Assembly: GCF_035594765.1 (NCBI RefSeq)
Contig: NC_085845.1
Location: 174,794,897-174,858,896, forward strand
Length of the DNA stretch: 64,000 bases
Direction: 5' to 3'
Source: Anolis carolinensis
Lineage: Eukaryota
The notes below the pieces were generated by a model, which made no database searches, had not been told where the DNA came from, and was given only the letters and a program-made list of their open reading frames with translations. Positions 1-13,320 of this stretch are shown in pieces. The translations under genes and the position numbers were made by a program. Each line of letters begins with the position of its first letter. The stretch's first letter is position 1.

Positions 1-840
1 ATGCACTGGTAGTCTACAGAGCTATGTAATATTTAGCCCAAAACTAGTCTGAATAAGAGACAGCTGGAAAATATGTAATCCATCAAAATCAAGAGAGCCA
101 CAGTTCCCATCAGCTAACTAGAGTTAATAGGACTTGGAATCCAATATCCTCTGGATGGAAACAAGTTGCTCAGCTCATCCTAGAAAAGAAGTGGGGAAAC
201 TCTGATTCTCCTTGTTTGGCATGTCAGCAAACAGAATTCCCAACTGCAAGGCATTCTTGGACTTGGACTTCAATGTATAAGGAGAACCAAAATCCCCACT
301 GCCTTGTCCTGGACCTAATTCTCAAATCATTTTCTGCAGAAACCAACACAGTGATTTAAACACAGCCTCAACAGTGTCTCAAAAATGTCATAACAGAAAA
401 CAAAGCCCTTTTATTTCCTGAGTTCTAGCTCTAGAGGCCAATCTGCTTCTAAGGATGAGAAACTCTTGGAAAAGCTACTTTATGGACCACCACTCCCAGA
501 ATCCCCACATTGCACAGCCCATCGTTTCTGGGAGCCACAGATTAAAAAAGTAATATTTCCAAAGTCTGATGTAGAATGACAGTGTCTGTTCCCATGAAAT
601 AATGTTGTTATACATAGAAATCAAGGCAGATATTGGCATTTTCTTAAAAGATACAGGAACTGTGCCTCATTTTCCCCAGTCCCTTCCAGGGAGAGATTTC
701 ATTAGGAGAAACTGACAGCAACCGCTACACTTTCTGTTTTGATCAATGGTTTTAAGAACACCTAACTCTAGATTGGATTTCAGCCAAGCACTGGACTCTG
801 GCACAAAAACAGGCATTTTGAATACTCCAGCTTTAAGTTT

Positions 841-893
841 CTAATCCTCAAGGCAGGGGAGGGAGAAGGATTGATGGTGATAAGCAATGCCTG
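841..893 (-). CDS. KCTD17: Candidate KCTD17 exon 7 (possible alternative terminal exon)
   Basis: Pyrimidine tract plus tandem acceptor (ttcatcttCAGCAG). Phase-1 join from exon 6 gives (A)GIAYHHQSFSLPCLED*, sharing FSLPxL with the recalled mammalian exon. Minus-strand AATAAA at 410-415. Confidence 0.4.
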
Positions 894-2484
894 CTGAAGA
901 TGAAAAACCAAAGTAACGTGGGAGGAGGGACTCGGTTCAGATATTTTGGGGTTTGTCCCAGGATCCTTGTGGATACCAAATACATGGATGCTCAAATCCC
1001 ATGCAATACAAGGGTGTAGTAAAATGGTGCCCCTTACATCAAATGACAAAATCAGATTTTGCTTTTTGGATTTTTAAAAAAATATTTTCAAGTTGTGAAT
1101 AGGTTCATCCATGGATGCAGAATCCGTGGATATAGCGGGTTCACTGTACTATGCTCTGTTCCATCTCTTATCTCCGGATATCCATCCTCTTACTGTGCCA
1201 TTTCCCCAGACCACCTTGTGTACCTTGAGCAACCATTCTAAACGGCAGACTTGTTAAGCTAAATGCAAACTTGTATACCTCATTGCAAGCTGAGATCTAC
1301 AGAAGTTTACATTACAGAACATTCATTTTTTAGATCATATCAGAAACTATCTGCTGGGTTTAAGGCAGGGCTATAACAGCTGAACCAGAGAGCACATGCT
1401 TTGCATGCAGAACATGCCAGGCTCAATTGCCAACTTCTCCCAATAGTTAAGAACAAGAAACAGAAATGGGGAGAAACATGAATTTTTAGATCCCAGAGAG
1501 CTGCTGCTGCCTATCAAGCTGGTGCAAAGCCAAGGAGGTCAATGACCCGACTCACAAGAAAAGGGATAGAAACTGTGCATCTCTTCAACTGAAACTCCCA
1601 TCAGCCCTTGCCAGCTTAGTCAATGAAGACAAATGCTGGGGAATTGTAGTCCAGTGTCAACTGAAGGGATGCAGAATCCCTACCATATGGTAGGAAAAGG
1701 CAGGTATATATCTTCTCTCTATGTACTTTTACTGACCTCTATACACCTACTTTCAAAATGCACTGCTCTAGAGTTTTCTATCTCAGAAATATAGGAACCA
1801 CTATGGAAGAAAAATTCAGAACATGCATTGAGCTCAAACAGATTCTATAATCCAGGGCTTGGGATAAGGACCTTTTGGCTATATCTCCCAAACTTCCCCA
1901 GCAATAATGGCCAGGGGCTGTGCTGGTTGAAGAGCTCTGAGAGCTGTAGTCTAAAAAATGTACCCCCTTCAAATTCTGCTAGGATCCACCAAAAGAGCCC
2001 CAGAAGAACCAGGTGTTGAGAGTCACTTAAACAGGTCAGGGACAGGGATAGAAGACAAGCTGTAGGAGGTCAAGAGAAGATGAAAGTCACAGAAAAGTGA
2101 CATGCAAGGAAATAAATATCACCAAGATAGGGAAATATGCAGAACGGAAATAACAGAAGTGATGTGAATGGATCGAAAGGGAAGGAGGGGATAGGGAGGC
2201 AATGGCTAAACCCTGGGTAGATGAACTTGTTGTAATATTCAACATTTTAAAAACTGATTTACATCTACATTCTGCAATTGTCCAAAAAAAAAGCCACCCT
2301 CCCTCTTCCTTCCCCAGCTTCCTATCATCCTTTAGCCACCAAGTGTTGCTTTCCTCTTCCACTGGTGTTCTATCTGCCATCCGTTCTCCATCACTAGCAG
2401 CTTTCCTCCAGAAGGGAGATGCCCTAGATGGCTTTAGACGTGGGTGTATTTTTGTCAAGTGTTCCCCTTAGAGGTTTGCTGCAC

Positions 2485-2593
2485 CTTTTCCCTCCTCTGC
2501 TTCAGCTGACTCCTCTGCCTCCTCCTGCTCTGCTCCCTGCAGCTGCTGCTCCTGGTCGTTCTGCTCTTCTTGCTCCAGATCATCCTCTGTGCT
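2485..2593 (-). CDS. KCTD17: KCTD17 exon 6, acidic/Gln-rich segment
   Basis: cag|AGCACAGAG...AAAG|gtgcag, 109 nt. STEDDLEQEEQ...EAEEGK resembles mammalian STEEQLEEQQQQ...AQEK. Confidence 0.8.
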
Positions 2594-2792
2594 CTGCATC
2601 CCAGTGCCATGCAAAAGGAAGGAAAAGGAGGTATAACTTATGAGATCCACTTTGACTGTTTTGTCTCATCCATAAAAGCATATCAAAGGAATATATATAG
2701 ATAGTATTTCACCCTATCTATCTGAAGGTTTCAATTTGGGCTTTGCAATCTTCCTAATTCTGTTTCGGGAGTGCATGTGGCTTGATGGCTAA

Positions 2793-2945
2793 GGCCCCTT
2801 CCACACAGCTGAATAAAATCCCACATATATTCCAGTGCTTTTAACTGGAATATATGGTAGTGTGGACTCAGATAATCCAGTTCAAAGGAGATATTATGGG
2901 ATTTTCTGCCTTAATATGCTGTTATATGACTGTGTGGAAGGACCC
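2793..2945. mobile_element. PIF/Harbinger-type MITE
   Basis: Imperfect TIRs ggccccttccacacag...ctgtgtggaaggaccc, TAA on both sides. Related copies near 29835-29909, 37618-37692 and 38081-38103. Confidence 0.7.
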
Positions 2946-3810
2946 TAAAAGGCTGAAATAAATACGTTCAGCGCTCCACACTTATAATTTCAACTTTTGC
3001 AGATTTGATTGTTCATGGATTTGATTAATACATTATTTCTAGAAATTTATAGGTCCATCAGTACAACTCCTTAGTCAACTTCTGCAGGAAATTGATCAGA
3101 GAGTTATACAAGCCATATAACCCATAATATCAAGGCAGAAAATCCCACAATATCTGCTTTGAATTGGGTTATCTTTGTCCACACTGCCATATATTCCAGT
3201 TCAAAACAGAAAATGTGGGATTTTATTCAACTATGTGGTTATGTGCCTTAGAGATTCCTAGAAAGCTCACCTTAAGCACCACACCAATTCCATAGTTCAA
3301 ACACACATATGCATCCAGAGTAGTTCTAAACCAGGTTTTTAATCTGGGAAATATATGAGTTTATCTTATAGTAGTCAATAGCTTTTGAAGGACTGATCCT
3401 AGTCTGTTCATAAGCACAAGAAAAGTATAGGCATTTTTTCATGCTTTACAATTGAACCCTACATTTTGGCAACTAAGGGTTCTTAGATATTTTCACGATG
3501 GAATTCTGCCTACAACAACCAGTTAAACAGTCAGCATTAAGCCTTTTCAGTTCCTAGCACAGATTTTGAAGCTAAATGCTATGCCTCTCATTTCACATGG
3601 AAGGAAACCTGTAGATCTGGGTTACTGCATGATTGGAGGAAGGGGTGGGTATGGGAATTTTAGTCAGAACTATAACTTTGCTAAGATCTGTGGATCTCAG
3701 GTCTCCAAAGAAAAAAGTATTTCTTAACAAGTATGCCACTTGACATCTGTAAACAAGGCACCAGAGAAAATAGGTTGCTTAACATTTGAGAAGGTGATGA
3801 TTGCCCTTAC

Positions 3811-3936
3811 CTTGACTTTCCGGCTTGGTTCTGAGCACAGGCCACTGGGTGAACTACAGAGTTCCTTAGAGACTACACACAGAAACTCTGACTGATCCTC
3901 ATTCCCGTAATTATAGGATGATCCAATATTCACTAG
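3811..3936 (-). CDS. KCTD17: KCTD17 exon 5
   Basis: tag|CTAGTG...GTCAAG|gtaag, 126 nt; [26 protein letters not shown]...RKVK (KCTD2/5/17 C-terminal domain). Confidence 0.96.
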
Positions 3937-5671
3937 CTAGGAAGCGAAGAAGAAAAAATATCCATTACTATACATCTTATGTTAGTTTGTTGTTATTGTT
4001 GTTGTATGCCTTTAAGTCCTTTCTGAACTCTGGCAACCCTAAGGCAAACCCATCACAGGGGTTTCTTGGCAAGACTTGTTTAGAAGACATCTGCCCTTGT
4101 CTTTCTCTGAGCACATGCTCCTTCTAGATCTAATTCAGGATGGAGAAATATGTTATCTGCAGAAATTACGTAAACACAACTCCCATTAGGCTTACTTAGT
4201 ATAACCAATAAGGCAGGGGGTACGGGAGGTGAGGTGCAATAACATCCAGAGGAGCACATGTTTTCTGTCATTTAGATTCTTCAAAGTAACATCTGTAAGG
4301 CAGTTATTTCTGGCCTCATCAAGAATAGCTCTTCAATAGATAAACAATTAACCATAAAAAAGGAAGGCTATAATACACTGCAAAGGATCTTGTGCCTATT
4401 GATTTGATGAGGTGTGAACTATCATTAAAAACTGAGCATCAAAAACAGTTCTGCTGCATATTTAGTTGGTTACACATTGGGAATGATGCCAGCATAAGAT
4501 GCACACCTCCTTCAAATACAGAGAATGCTTCATTAACTTTTAATGGCTACAATCCTATCTGCACCTATTAGAGAGGAAGTCCTGCTGAAAGCAGCAGGAT
4601 TTATATTTCAGTAAACATGCACAAGATTTCATTTTAAATATTTTACAATGCAATCCCATACACATCTACTCAGAAGTAATCCCAACTAAGATTGATGGGA
4701 TTTACCCCAAACAAAGGATGGATAGTCTTAGCCATAAATTACCAGGAATTTCTAAGTTAGTTCTGTTAGATATGTGTAGAAAGGGGTTTCATAATGTTTG
4801 ATCCTCCATGTGTTTTGGATTTTAATTCCCATCAGCCAGGCCAAGTGATCTTGGAAACTAAAATCCAAACATTTGGAGAGCCAAGGCTCATCACTCCAAT
4901 CTGGAAATGATGGTGATTTATATTGTTTTCCCCCTATGCATGTGGCTCACTGCATATTTCAGAAAGACATATGTGTGTGCCTGAAAATATATTTTTATAT
5001 GTGTCTTTGGACTGGCTATAGATCCTGGATCTATAGCTAGTCCAGTGGATTTACAATCCACTGGCTACTGGATGTAGTTGGCTCACATATCTGTTATTAG
5101 ATTACTCTTGTGGCCTAAAAATAACGGTTACAGTTCTGTCAATTCACTTGAGTCCCTTTCTCAACTTTTCTCAACTTAGCATCCAAATATGAAACATCCA
5201 TCATTCAAAGCCAGTGTTCTTTTGGGCTTTGAATGAAGAGAATTGCAGGCCACAACATACCAAACAATTTTTTAGCTAAATCATGCTCCACCTTCCTTTC
5301 CCCACCAACTTTCTGAAGACAGTCACCAAGATTATAGCCTCTGACAGCTACCTTGTAATCAGAATTTAGAAAGATAATTTGTAGATTACAAGTCACAGAA
5401 TTCACAAGCCAGCATGGCCATTGGAAATTGTTACTCCCCACACTTTTCCAAGTTTTGCTTTTAACTGAAACCTTTGTCTTCTAGTCCAGTTCTATAATTC
5501 TGTTAGTACGGTTACATCCAAATGCAGTTCTTAAAAGTGTTTTAAGTTGGTCACTTCCACAGTGAGACATGGTGGGTAATCTGCTCTGGATATTTTTCTG
5601 AACACTGAAGGATATATTAAGAGATTACAGTATGTGTCATGTCATGGAAGCCACTGAAAAAATTGTATTCA

Positions 5672-6001
<330 letters not shown>

Positions 6002-6344
6002 TCAAATGTGTTTTAATATAGATTTTTAACTGCAAAAGTTTCTCTGAAGAAGGTTGGAGAGTTGGTGAATGATGACTATTACCGCTACCCAATTTCAATT
6101 CTAAACAGTAAGGATTTCGTGCTCTTCTGCTTCACTGTTAAAATATTGCAATAACAAGCACTCAGGATTTAAACACTTCACTCTCTATGGATGAAAACCT
6201 GCCCTATTTCCTTAAGGTTTTCCAGAATTACTGTTTAAATACCATATACATTATTCTTGCAAATTTAGGGGAGTGGAATGGATCTGGATTTCAATCTCAC
6301 GCACAAAGTTCGTTCACATTTCTGCAACCATATTGCCACGATAC

Positions 6345-6436
6345 CTGTGTTATTGTATAGTCCTTCTCCTCTAGTCTATCCTTTATCAGCCTGATTAGCG
6401 ATCCAATGTTGTAGAATTCAGCTTCCTCCAGAACCC
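6345..6436 (-). CDS. KCTD17: KCTD17 exon 3
   Basis: tag|GGGTT...ACACAG|gtatc, 92 nt; (G)[30 protein letters not shown], end of the BTB domain. Confidence 0.97.
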
Positions 6437-6581
6437 CTATGGGAAAAAGTAAAGAATATAAGAGATTTAAAAAATGAGTCCTGGGCTGCCACATGGTTAA
6501 CTGGTCATTTTAAAAAAATCACATACTTGCACTTTTTTTTACTCTAGTCATTCTACAACTCATGGGATTATAAATTCTGGA

Positions 6582-6878
6582 ACACTAAGTCTAGTCATGT
6601 CCAACTCTGAGGGTTTGTGCTCATCTCCATTTCTAAGCCGAAGAGCCAGCATTGTCCGTAGACACCCCCAAAATCATGTGGCCAGTATGTCTGCATGGAG
6701 TGCCTTTACCTTCCTGCCAGTATCTATTGATCTACTCACATTTGCATGTTTTTGAACTGCTAGGTTGGCAGACGCTGGGGCTAACAGTGGGAACTCACTC
6801 CGCTCCCTGGATTTGAACTGCCAACCTTTCAGTCAGCAAGTTCAGCAGCTCAGTGGTTTAACCCACTGTGCCAGGGGA
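6582..6878 (-). mobile_element. Sauria SINE
   Basis: Reverse complement aligns with the + copy at 31391-31723 (tRNA-like head, catgcaaatgtgagtagatcaatag core). Confidence 0.85.
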
Positions 6879-7397
6879 GGAACTTTAAGAAATTTATATC
6901 AGAAATACATGCTGTAAAAGTTCTGAAGATTACCTTGATCAAATGGCACAAGACTTCATTAGGAAAAGAGTATAGTGCAAGCTAAGCCTACATATTGAGA
7001 AGGATTCCAACTAAACTCATAGGATTTATTCAGTGCTGGGGCCATGCCACAATGCCATGGAAGAATTTGAAAACACACATATAGAATGTGATCCAGACTC
7101 AAAATTCATCTTCTTGAGAATCATAGCTTTTATTTATTTGTATCAGGTATTTTTTAATCCTTCCACTCCAGTTTATAAATATTTTTAATGACATAGAACT
7201 TCACCTACACAACGAAGCCGCTTGCAATAGCTACTAAAATCTCAAATGCTAAAAAGTGGCTAAAAAGATTTCTAGGAAGAAAGGTAGAACTCCCGGATTT
7301 TCCATAGAACTCACAGGGGCAACAGAGTCGCATTATGCAAAACAGTAAACTTTGAAATATAAATAAAGCACCAACTCTCTTTCATTTTTTCCCTGTA

Positions 7398-7821
7398 CAG
7401 GCTGTCCCCAAGTTACGAACAAGATAAGTTCTGTAAGTTTGTTCTTAAGTTGAAATCATATGTAAGTCAGAATAGGTAATTTTTTAAGCGTAACTCCAGG
7501 CATATATATAAATCATAGCTTTGGATAGCATAGGGAAGGATTAAGACCCCTGTGGTGTTTGTTTTGCAGTCTGTGCCCCTGTTCAGAAGATTTCACTTCA
7601 CTTTCTGTCCCTGTGATCATTAGATTTTGGAAAATTTGTCTTACTCTGGAAACAATGATTGGTGCTACAGCTTCAGTGGAAACCCCTTTTCCCCATAATA
7701 ACTCTTTCAGGGGTGAATTTCCCTCCCAGAGGGTAGATTTCTCTCACTTCCTGTTGTCTCACCCCCTTTCTTAACTATGGGTCATTTGTAAATCAGATGT
7801 TTATAACTTAGGCACTGCCTT
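7398..7821. mobile_element. Tc1/mariner (Tigger/pogo-like) non-autonomous element
   Basis: TA|caggctgtccccaagttacgaac...actgcct.TA. Sister copies at 27008-27085 (partial), 28739-29488 and 60560-60963. Confidence 0.75.
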
Positions 7822-9769
7822 TATTCCTGAAATTCTGGGGCACGCTGTCTTGTGTAAAATAAGAGTTAGCAACCAAGCATTCCTTACGAATGAAAAATAG
7901 CTCAGCTGGATCACATCAGTGGTTAACCTAGCCTAGCACTGGATGCATTTGGGAGGCACGAGGTATAAAACAAGAATGAAAAACTTTGTTCTGCCTGAGG
8001 GCATGATTCAATTTTGGATAAATTCTCATAGACTACATTCCTAGTGGTCCCAAAGTGTACCATGTAAAGCTGTTTTTGCCACCAACTAAATTTTAGGAAA
8101 CACTGCAAACTTTTAGAAATGGGGTGGGGAGAGAGTGCAGAGAAACCAAGAAAAATTCCAATGATGGTATAACAGTGGACATCTGGGATACCCTTGTGAA
8201 CCAGACTGAGACCCCGAGAGAGCTATTTTCTGACCTAGAGCCATAGGTTTCCCATTCCTGGCATAAAAGCACAACCTTCTCTCCATTATCAGCCTGCAGA
8301 ATCTAATGTGCAGGGGCATAGCATCCCAGAAGCATCTGAAAAGCTCTGAGCTTTCAAGAGCCCTGCCTTACTGGCAGTTCCAGTTGAAGAGTTTTCCACA
8401 GACATATGCTTTGCAGCTCTTTGCACAAAATACTCAAGGACCACTAAAAGCCAGGCATGAAATAAGTATCGTGCATACACATGTCTCCTCCCCATTTGCA
8501 GGCAAATGTCTGTATGGGGCTTAAATTAGAAAACTATGGAGGAGTCATTTGGGTTTAAAAATAATCATCTTTTCTATATAGCAGGCGACTCATCTTCTAG
8601 AAAAGAAAGGAGTTCTGTTCAAGCAGCATTGTACAATTATGAGCAAATTATGACTCTGTTCTATTAGAACAGAATGATGTGATATCAGCAAAGGAGAAGG
8701 TAAATACAATTTTAGGATATTATCCTAATTTGAAAGGAGAAATGCACAGATGGGGAAATAATAACAGGATTGCACAAGGCAGTCTTGGAACATGTATCCA
8801 CTCTATGCTCTTGCGTGCAGAAAACAACTCCATGAATAAATAACTGGACATGGAGAATTCTTTTTAGATGAATATGAGAAGTGCCACACACCAAAAACAG
8901 CGCAAAGGCTGAAGATTATGCAATCTGAATAAATTGGGGTTGGAGGGGGGAGAATAAGGGACCCATAACAAAAAATCCATTTACATTCAAAATAGGAAAA
9001 TTGAATGTATGCATCTTCTTATTAAATCTCTGGATTATTTAGTGGAAACCTGTTTCTTTTCAAAAATAATTATTGCAAAATTAATATCATAAGAACTTAC
9101 TATTAAGTAATAAGCATGACAATATCAAAACCAATCAATGAATGTTTTTAAACCTACTACATGAATAACAAATTTCTCCAATGTTAGTAATGTATTATCA
9201 TATGGGCTTTTTCTGAGGAATTCTATGGGGGATTAGAAGCTTCTGCACAAGCAGATGAATTGAGATGACCTTCAGATAAGCTTGGAACTCCAGATATTGT
9301 CAGAAGTCTGGTTCACAGAAAGCTTCCAAGGGGAAAGTAAGAGTTGCAGTCAAGGGGCAGAAATATAAAAAAAACATGCTCGCCACCCATATCAAATACC
9401 TTAAGAAGCATTGGCTTGGGGCACTCTTTCGTAACCATAGTGGCTAATAAAAATATAGTTCTCACTCCCGCTCCAAAGGAGCTTCACCCACTTTGGCATT
9501 TCCTCCCCCCCCCCCCCAAAAAAATGACTATAATGGAAAGACTGACATGGTTTCTTCTTTGATTACAGTTCTGTAGAATGCTCATAGGGGAAGCTACTGG
9601 TTTGCAGCCTAGGCAAATAAAATATTTGCCTTTGGGGTTTTTTTGTCAGTACTTATTTGCATCTCTGTCTCATCTACCCTCACATATGAACTTCTCCACT
9701 AGCATGAAATGAGTCTAGTAATCTCTTAATGAACCTATGGAGAAATCAGAACTACATCTAAGAAAAGAA

Positions 9770-9990
9770 AAGTGTGTGCTTTCAAATTGTTTGTTAACTT
9801 ATGGCAACTTCATGAATTTCAAAGGGTTTTCCTTGTCAACAAATATTCAAGAGAACTTGACATTGCCTCTTTCTTTCCAAACAGAGTCTCAAGGCACCTG
9901 ATATTTTCAGGTGGTCTCCCTTCCAAGTACTAAACAGGTCCTGCCCTGCTTAGTTTCCAAGATCAAACAGGATCTAGCAACTTCAGGCAG
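9770..9990 (-). mobile_element. 5S rRNA-headed SINE (5S-Sauria/SINE3-type), degenerate
   Basis: 9885-9990 is a diverged reverse complement of 5S rRNA (ggtctcccttccaagtactaaacagg...ccctgcttagtttccaagatca), joined to a SINE-type tail. Confidence 0.7.
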
Positions 9991-10289
9991 CAGTGCTTAC
10001 TGCCCGGAATCAATTTGGACAAGCTGTCTGTATTTGGAACAGTGCCCTTGCAGCCTCTCCCTTTCCTTCCTCTCTAAAAGTAGAGGAAAAAGCAGATCTG
10101 ACCATTAAGAGCTTGAAGCTCACAGAGAAGAAAACAAGAAAGCCAGCCTTCTATTCCTTCATTAAGATGATAATGTCCTTGTTGTTATAATGGCCTTGCT
10201 TCCTCTCACATGCACAATATTCCAGGTTCCATGTATGGAATAGGAATAGCAAGAGATACTGTGATATGAAGTCACTCAATCTTAGTAAG

Positions 10290-11740
10290 CCATTAAACAA
10301 ATTATTAATGCATCTCTCAGAGAGGGGACTTTTCCATCCTGTTTAAAAGAAGAGGTAGTTAGTAATCAACAGTTACAGACCAGTCTCTAGCCTTTCTTTT
10401 TTAGGCAAGGTGATTGAGAAGGCAGTTACCCTCCAACTTCAAGTAGTCTTGGATGACACACACTTCCTTGACTGATCTTAAACTTGTTTCAGACCAGGAC
10501 ACGGAGTTGAGACTGCTATGGTCACCTTAGAGGATGTTTTCTGTCTTAACACTGACAAGAGATATGTGTCCCTGTTGGTGCTTCTAGACTTCTCAGCAGC
10601 TTCCGATACCATCTACCATGGAACACCTGGAGAGGCTGAGAATCAGAGGAACTGTGTTGCAGTGGTTCCGGTCATACCTTTCAGGCAGATTCCAGATGGT
10701 GGTGCTTGGGGATAGCTGCCTTTCAAAAAAGGAGCTGTTATATGGCATCCTTCAAAGTGTCATTCTGTCCCCAATGCTTTTTAAATTTTACATGAAACCA
10801 CTGGGAGAGATCATCTGGAGGCATGTGGTGGGGTGGGGTGACACCCAAACATATTTCTCTATGCCTTCCTAAACAGTTCTAGCTAAGAATAGTGTGCCTC
10901 CTCTGAATGAATACCTGAAGGAGGTAATGGGCTGGATGAAGAAAAACGAATTGATACTGAATCCAGACAAAACAGAGGTGCTTGCCATGAAAGGTCCTAA
11001 CCTAGGGGTGGAAGTGTGTCAACCAGTTCTAGAAGGGGTTACACTCCCCTTGAAAGACTGTGTCCACAGCTTGGGAGTGCTACTGGATCCATATCTCCTA
11101 ATGTCAACCCAAGTTGACGGTCAGGAGTGCTTACTATCGGATTCAGCTGATATGCCAGCTGCACCCCACTGGTAACCTCAAGACTGGACTTCTGCAAGGT
11201 GCTTTACATTGGGCTACCTCTGTACCAAGTTCAGGAACTCCAATTAGTTCAAAACACAGCAACCAGATTGGTCACAGGGACATCCAGGAGTGAGCATATT
11301 ACTCCTATACTAAAGTCACTCAACTGGCTGCCAGTTAGTTTCCAGATAAAGTACAAAGTGTTGGTTTTGACCTTTAAACCCTACTTGGTCTGGATCCAGG
11401 TTACCTACAGGATTGCCTCCTCCAGTACAATCCACCCTGAACTCTTAGGTTCTCTGTGGGACACCTACTCCAGCATGCCAGAAGCAGACTGGCGACCATC
11501 ACCAGAGGACCATTTCATTGGCCACCCCAAGACTGTAGAACAACAGCTAAATAAACTGTTGAAATTTAAAACCCTTCTTAAGACCTATCTCTTCCGGCAG
11601 GCCTACCCAGTCAATTTTAAATTGTAGATTTTAAATCAGTAGATTTTAACTTGTATATTATCTGTGTATCTTATTGTATGGCTTTTAATGGTGTTTTATC
11701 TCGTTTTAATGATTTTGTATCCCACTTCAAGAGAGGTAAG
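10290..11740 (+). mobile_element. L2-clade LINE, 5'-truncated, frameshifted reverse transcriptase remnant
   Basis: Broken ORFs with RT motifs (LVLLDFSAASDTI, GILQSVILSPMLF, LNPDKTEV) and the L2-type C-terminus LQLVQNTATRLV...HITPILKSLNWLPV. AT-rich tail. Confidence 0.88.
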
Positions 11741-12367
11741 TAATAAATTATGTATATATTTATTTATTTATTTATTTATTGTACACTGGGATGCAGCCTA
11801 CTGGATATCACTAAACTGCAACTGCAACTCCCATCTTCAATAGCGAAGAACCCTAGAACTGCAGCTCCATCCCGCCCCCATAAGACAGAGAAATTTCTGG
11901 GACAGAAAACAACTGTGGACACTGAATTGCCAGAATAAAATCTGGTTCAGCATTAAAAACAAGGCGTGCCACAAAGATCTAACAAATGTGCAGTGTAGAT
12001 TCCACTGAACCATTAGTGCTTTGGAATCCCTGTGGGAGCTTTTTGACTCCTTGGGGTTTAGCAGCTCAGAAGGAACGGCATAGCTCTTAAATTCTTACTT
12101 CTTAACGAATGGGACACATATTTATAAACATTTAAGTTATCCAAGAATAAGTGCTTACACTTATTCAAAACATACAGTCCCAAGATGATATATTTGGTCC
12201 ATTCCTATGTACTGCATAAAAAATTACCATAAATGTTGACTTTTTCTTCACAAATACACAACATAGGTGAAGGATTCCTCTTTTTTTTGTAAACGGACCC
12301 ATCACAATAAAGTAAGGATTACTATTTGCACTGTATAAACAGTGAATGCTAGCAACATTGTAAGTAA

Positions 12368-12444
12368 TGCTTCTGGAACATGGCCACACAGCCCGAAAGA
12401 CATACAACAACCCTGTGATTCTGGCCATGAAAGCCTTCGACAAC
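12368..12444 (+). mobile_element. Penelope-like element terminal fragment
   Basis: cttctggaacatggccac...ggccatgaaagccttcgacaac motif, flanked by direct repeat acattgtaagtaa at 12355-12367 and 12445-12457. Confidence 0.65.
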
Positions 12445-13194
12445 ACATTGTAAGTAAATCTTTCTGAGTTTACAGAAAGGATAAGGAATGTTAGGCTCCA
12501 GGGCTGAATCTGGCCTTTATAGAGCTGAATATAGCCTTCTACCGTTCCCTAAATGGCTACACCATCTTCCCCATGATACCATTATTGGGTCTCTGCCCAG
12601 CTTTTGCATGTGAGTTTTGGAAAGACTGAAATGTGTTGTTTTGTGCTAAGGTTTAGTTGAGAGTCAGTGTAATGGTCTGAATGTTGGACTAAGACTGTGG
12701 GGGAACAGAGTTCAAAATCTCCACCCAGTCATGGAAACCCACTGGTGACATCAGGCAAGTCATAGAAGGTAGCAATGGCATTCCTTCTCTGAATAATTCT
12801 TGTCAGGAAAGCCCCATGACCTGGTTATTGTAAATTAGAGTCAACCTGGAGGCAAATAACAACAACAAAGGCTTGGTTATTGTTAGTAAGAGTAACTATT
12901 TGCTGGCATTTTAAGTGCTAATCTTTTCATTCCTTGGGGTCCAAATGCCCTTAAGGCACCAGATTCCCTCTGATTGTGGAAGCTAAGCAGCCTTGTTTAC
13001 TACTTGGATGGGAAACTACAAAGCATGGTGCTTGACTTCAACTTCCAGTATCTCCTGCTGCCACAGCCAAGACACCTGGAGAGCACTGAGTTCAGTGTAT
13101 CTTATTCTTCTAGTTATTCCATCCCCACACCCAGCCACTCAATTTATGCCACTACCCACCTCAAGCAACATCAGACCTGAATTTCAGAATTTTA

Positions 13195-13320
<126 letters not shown>

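Noticed and set aside
9885-9990. Functional 5S rRNA gene
   Set aside because: Heavily diverged, CpG-decayed, solitary and fused to a SINE tail.
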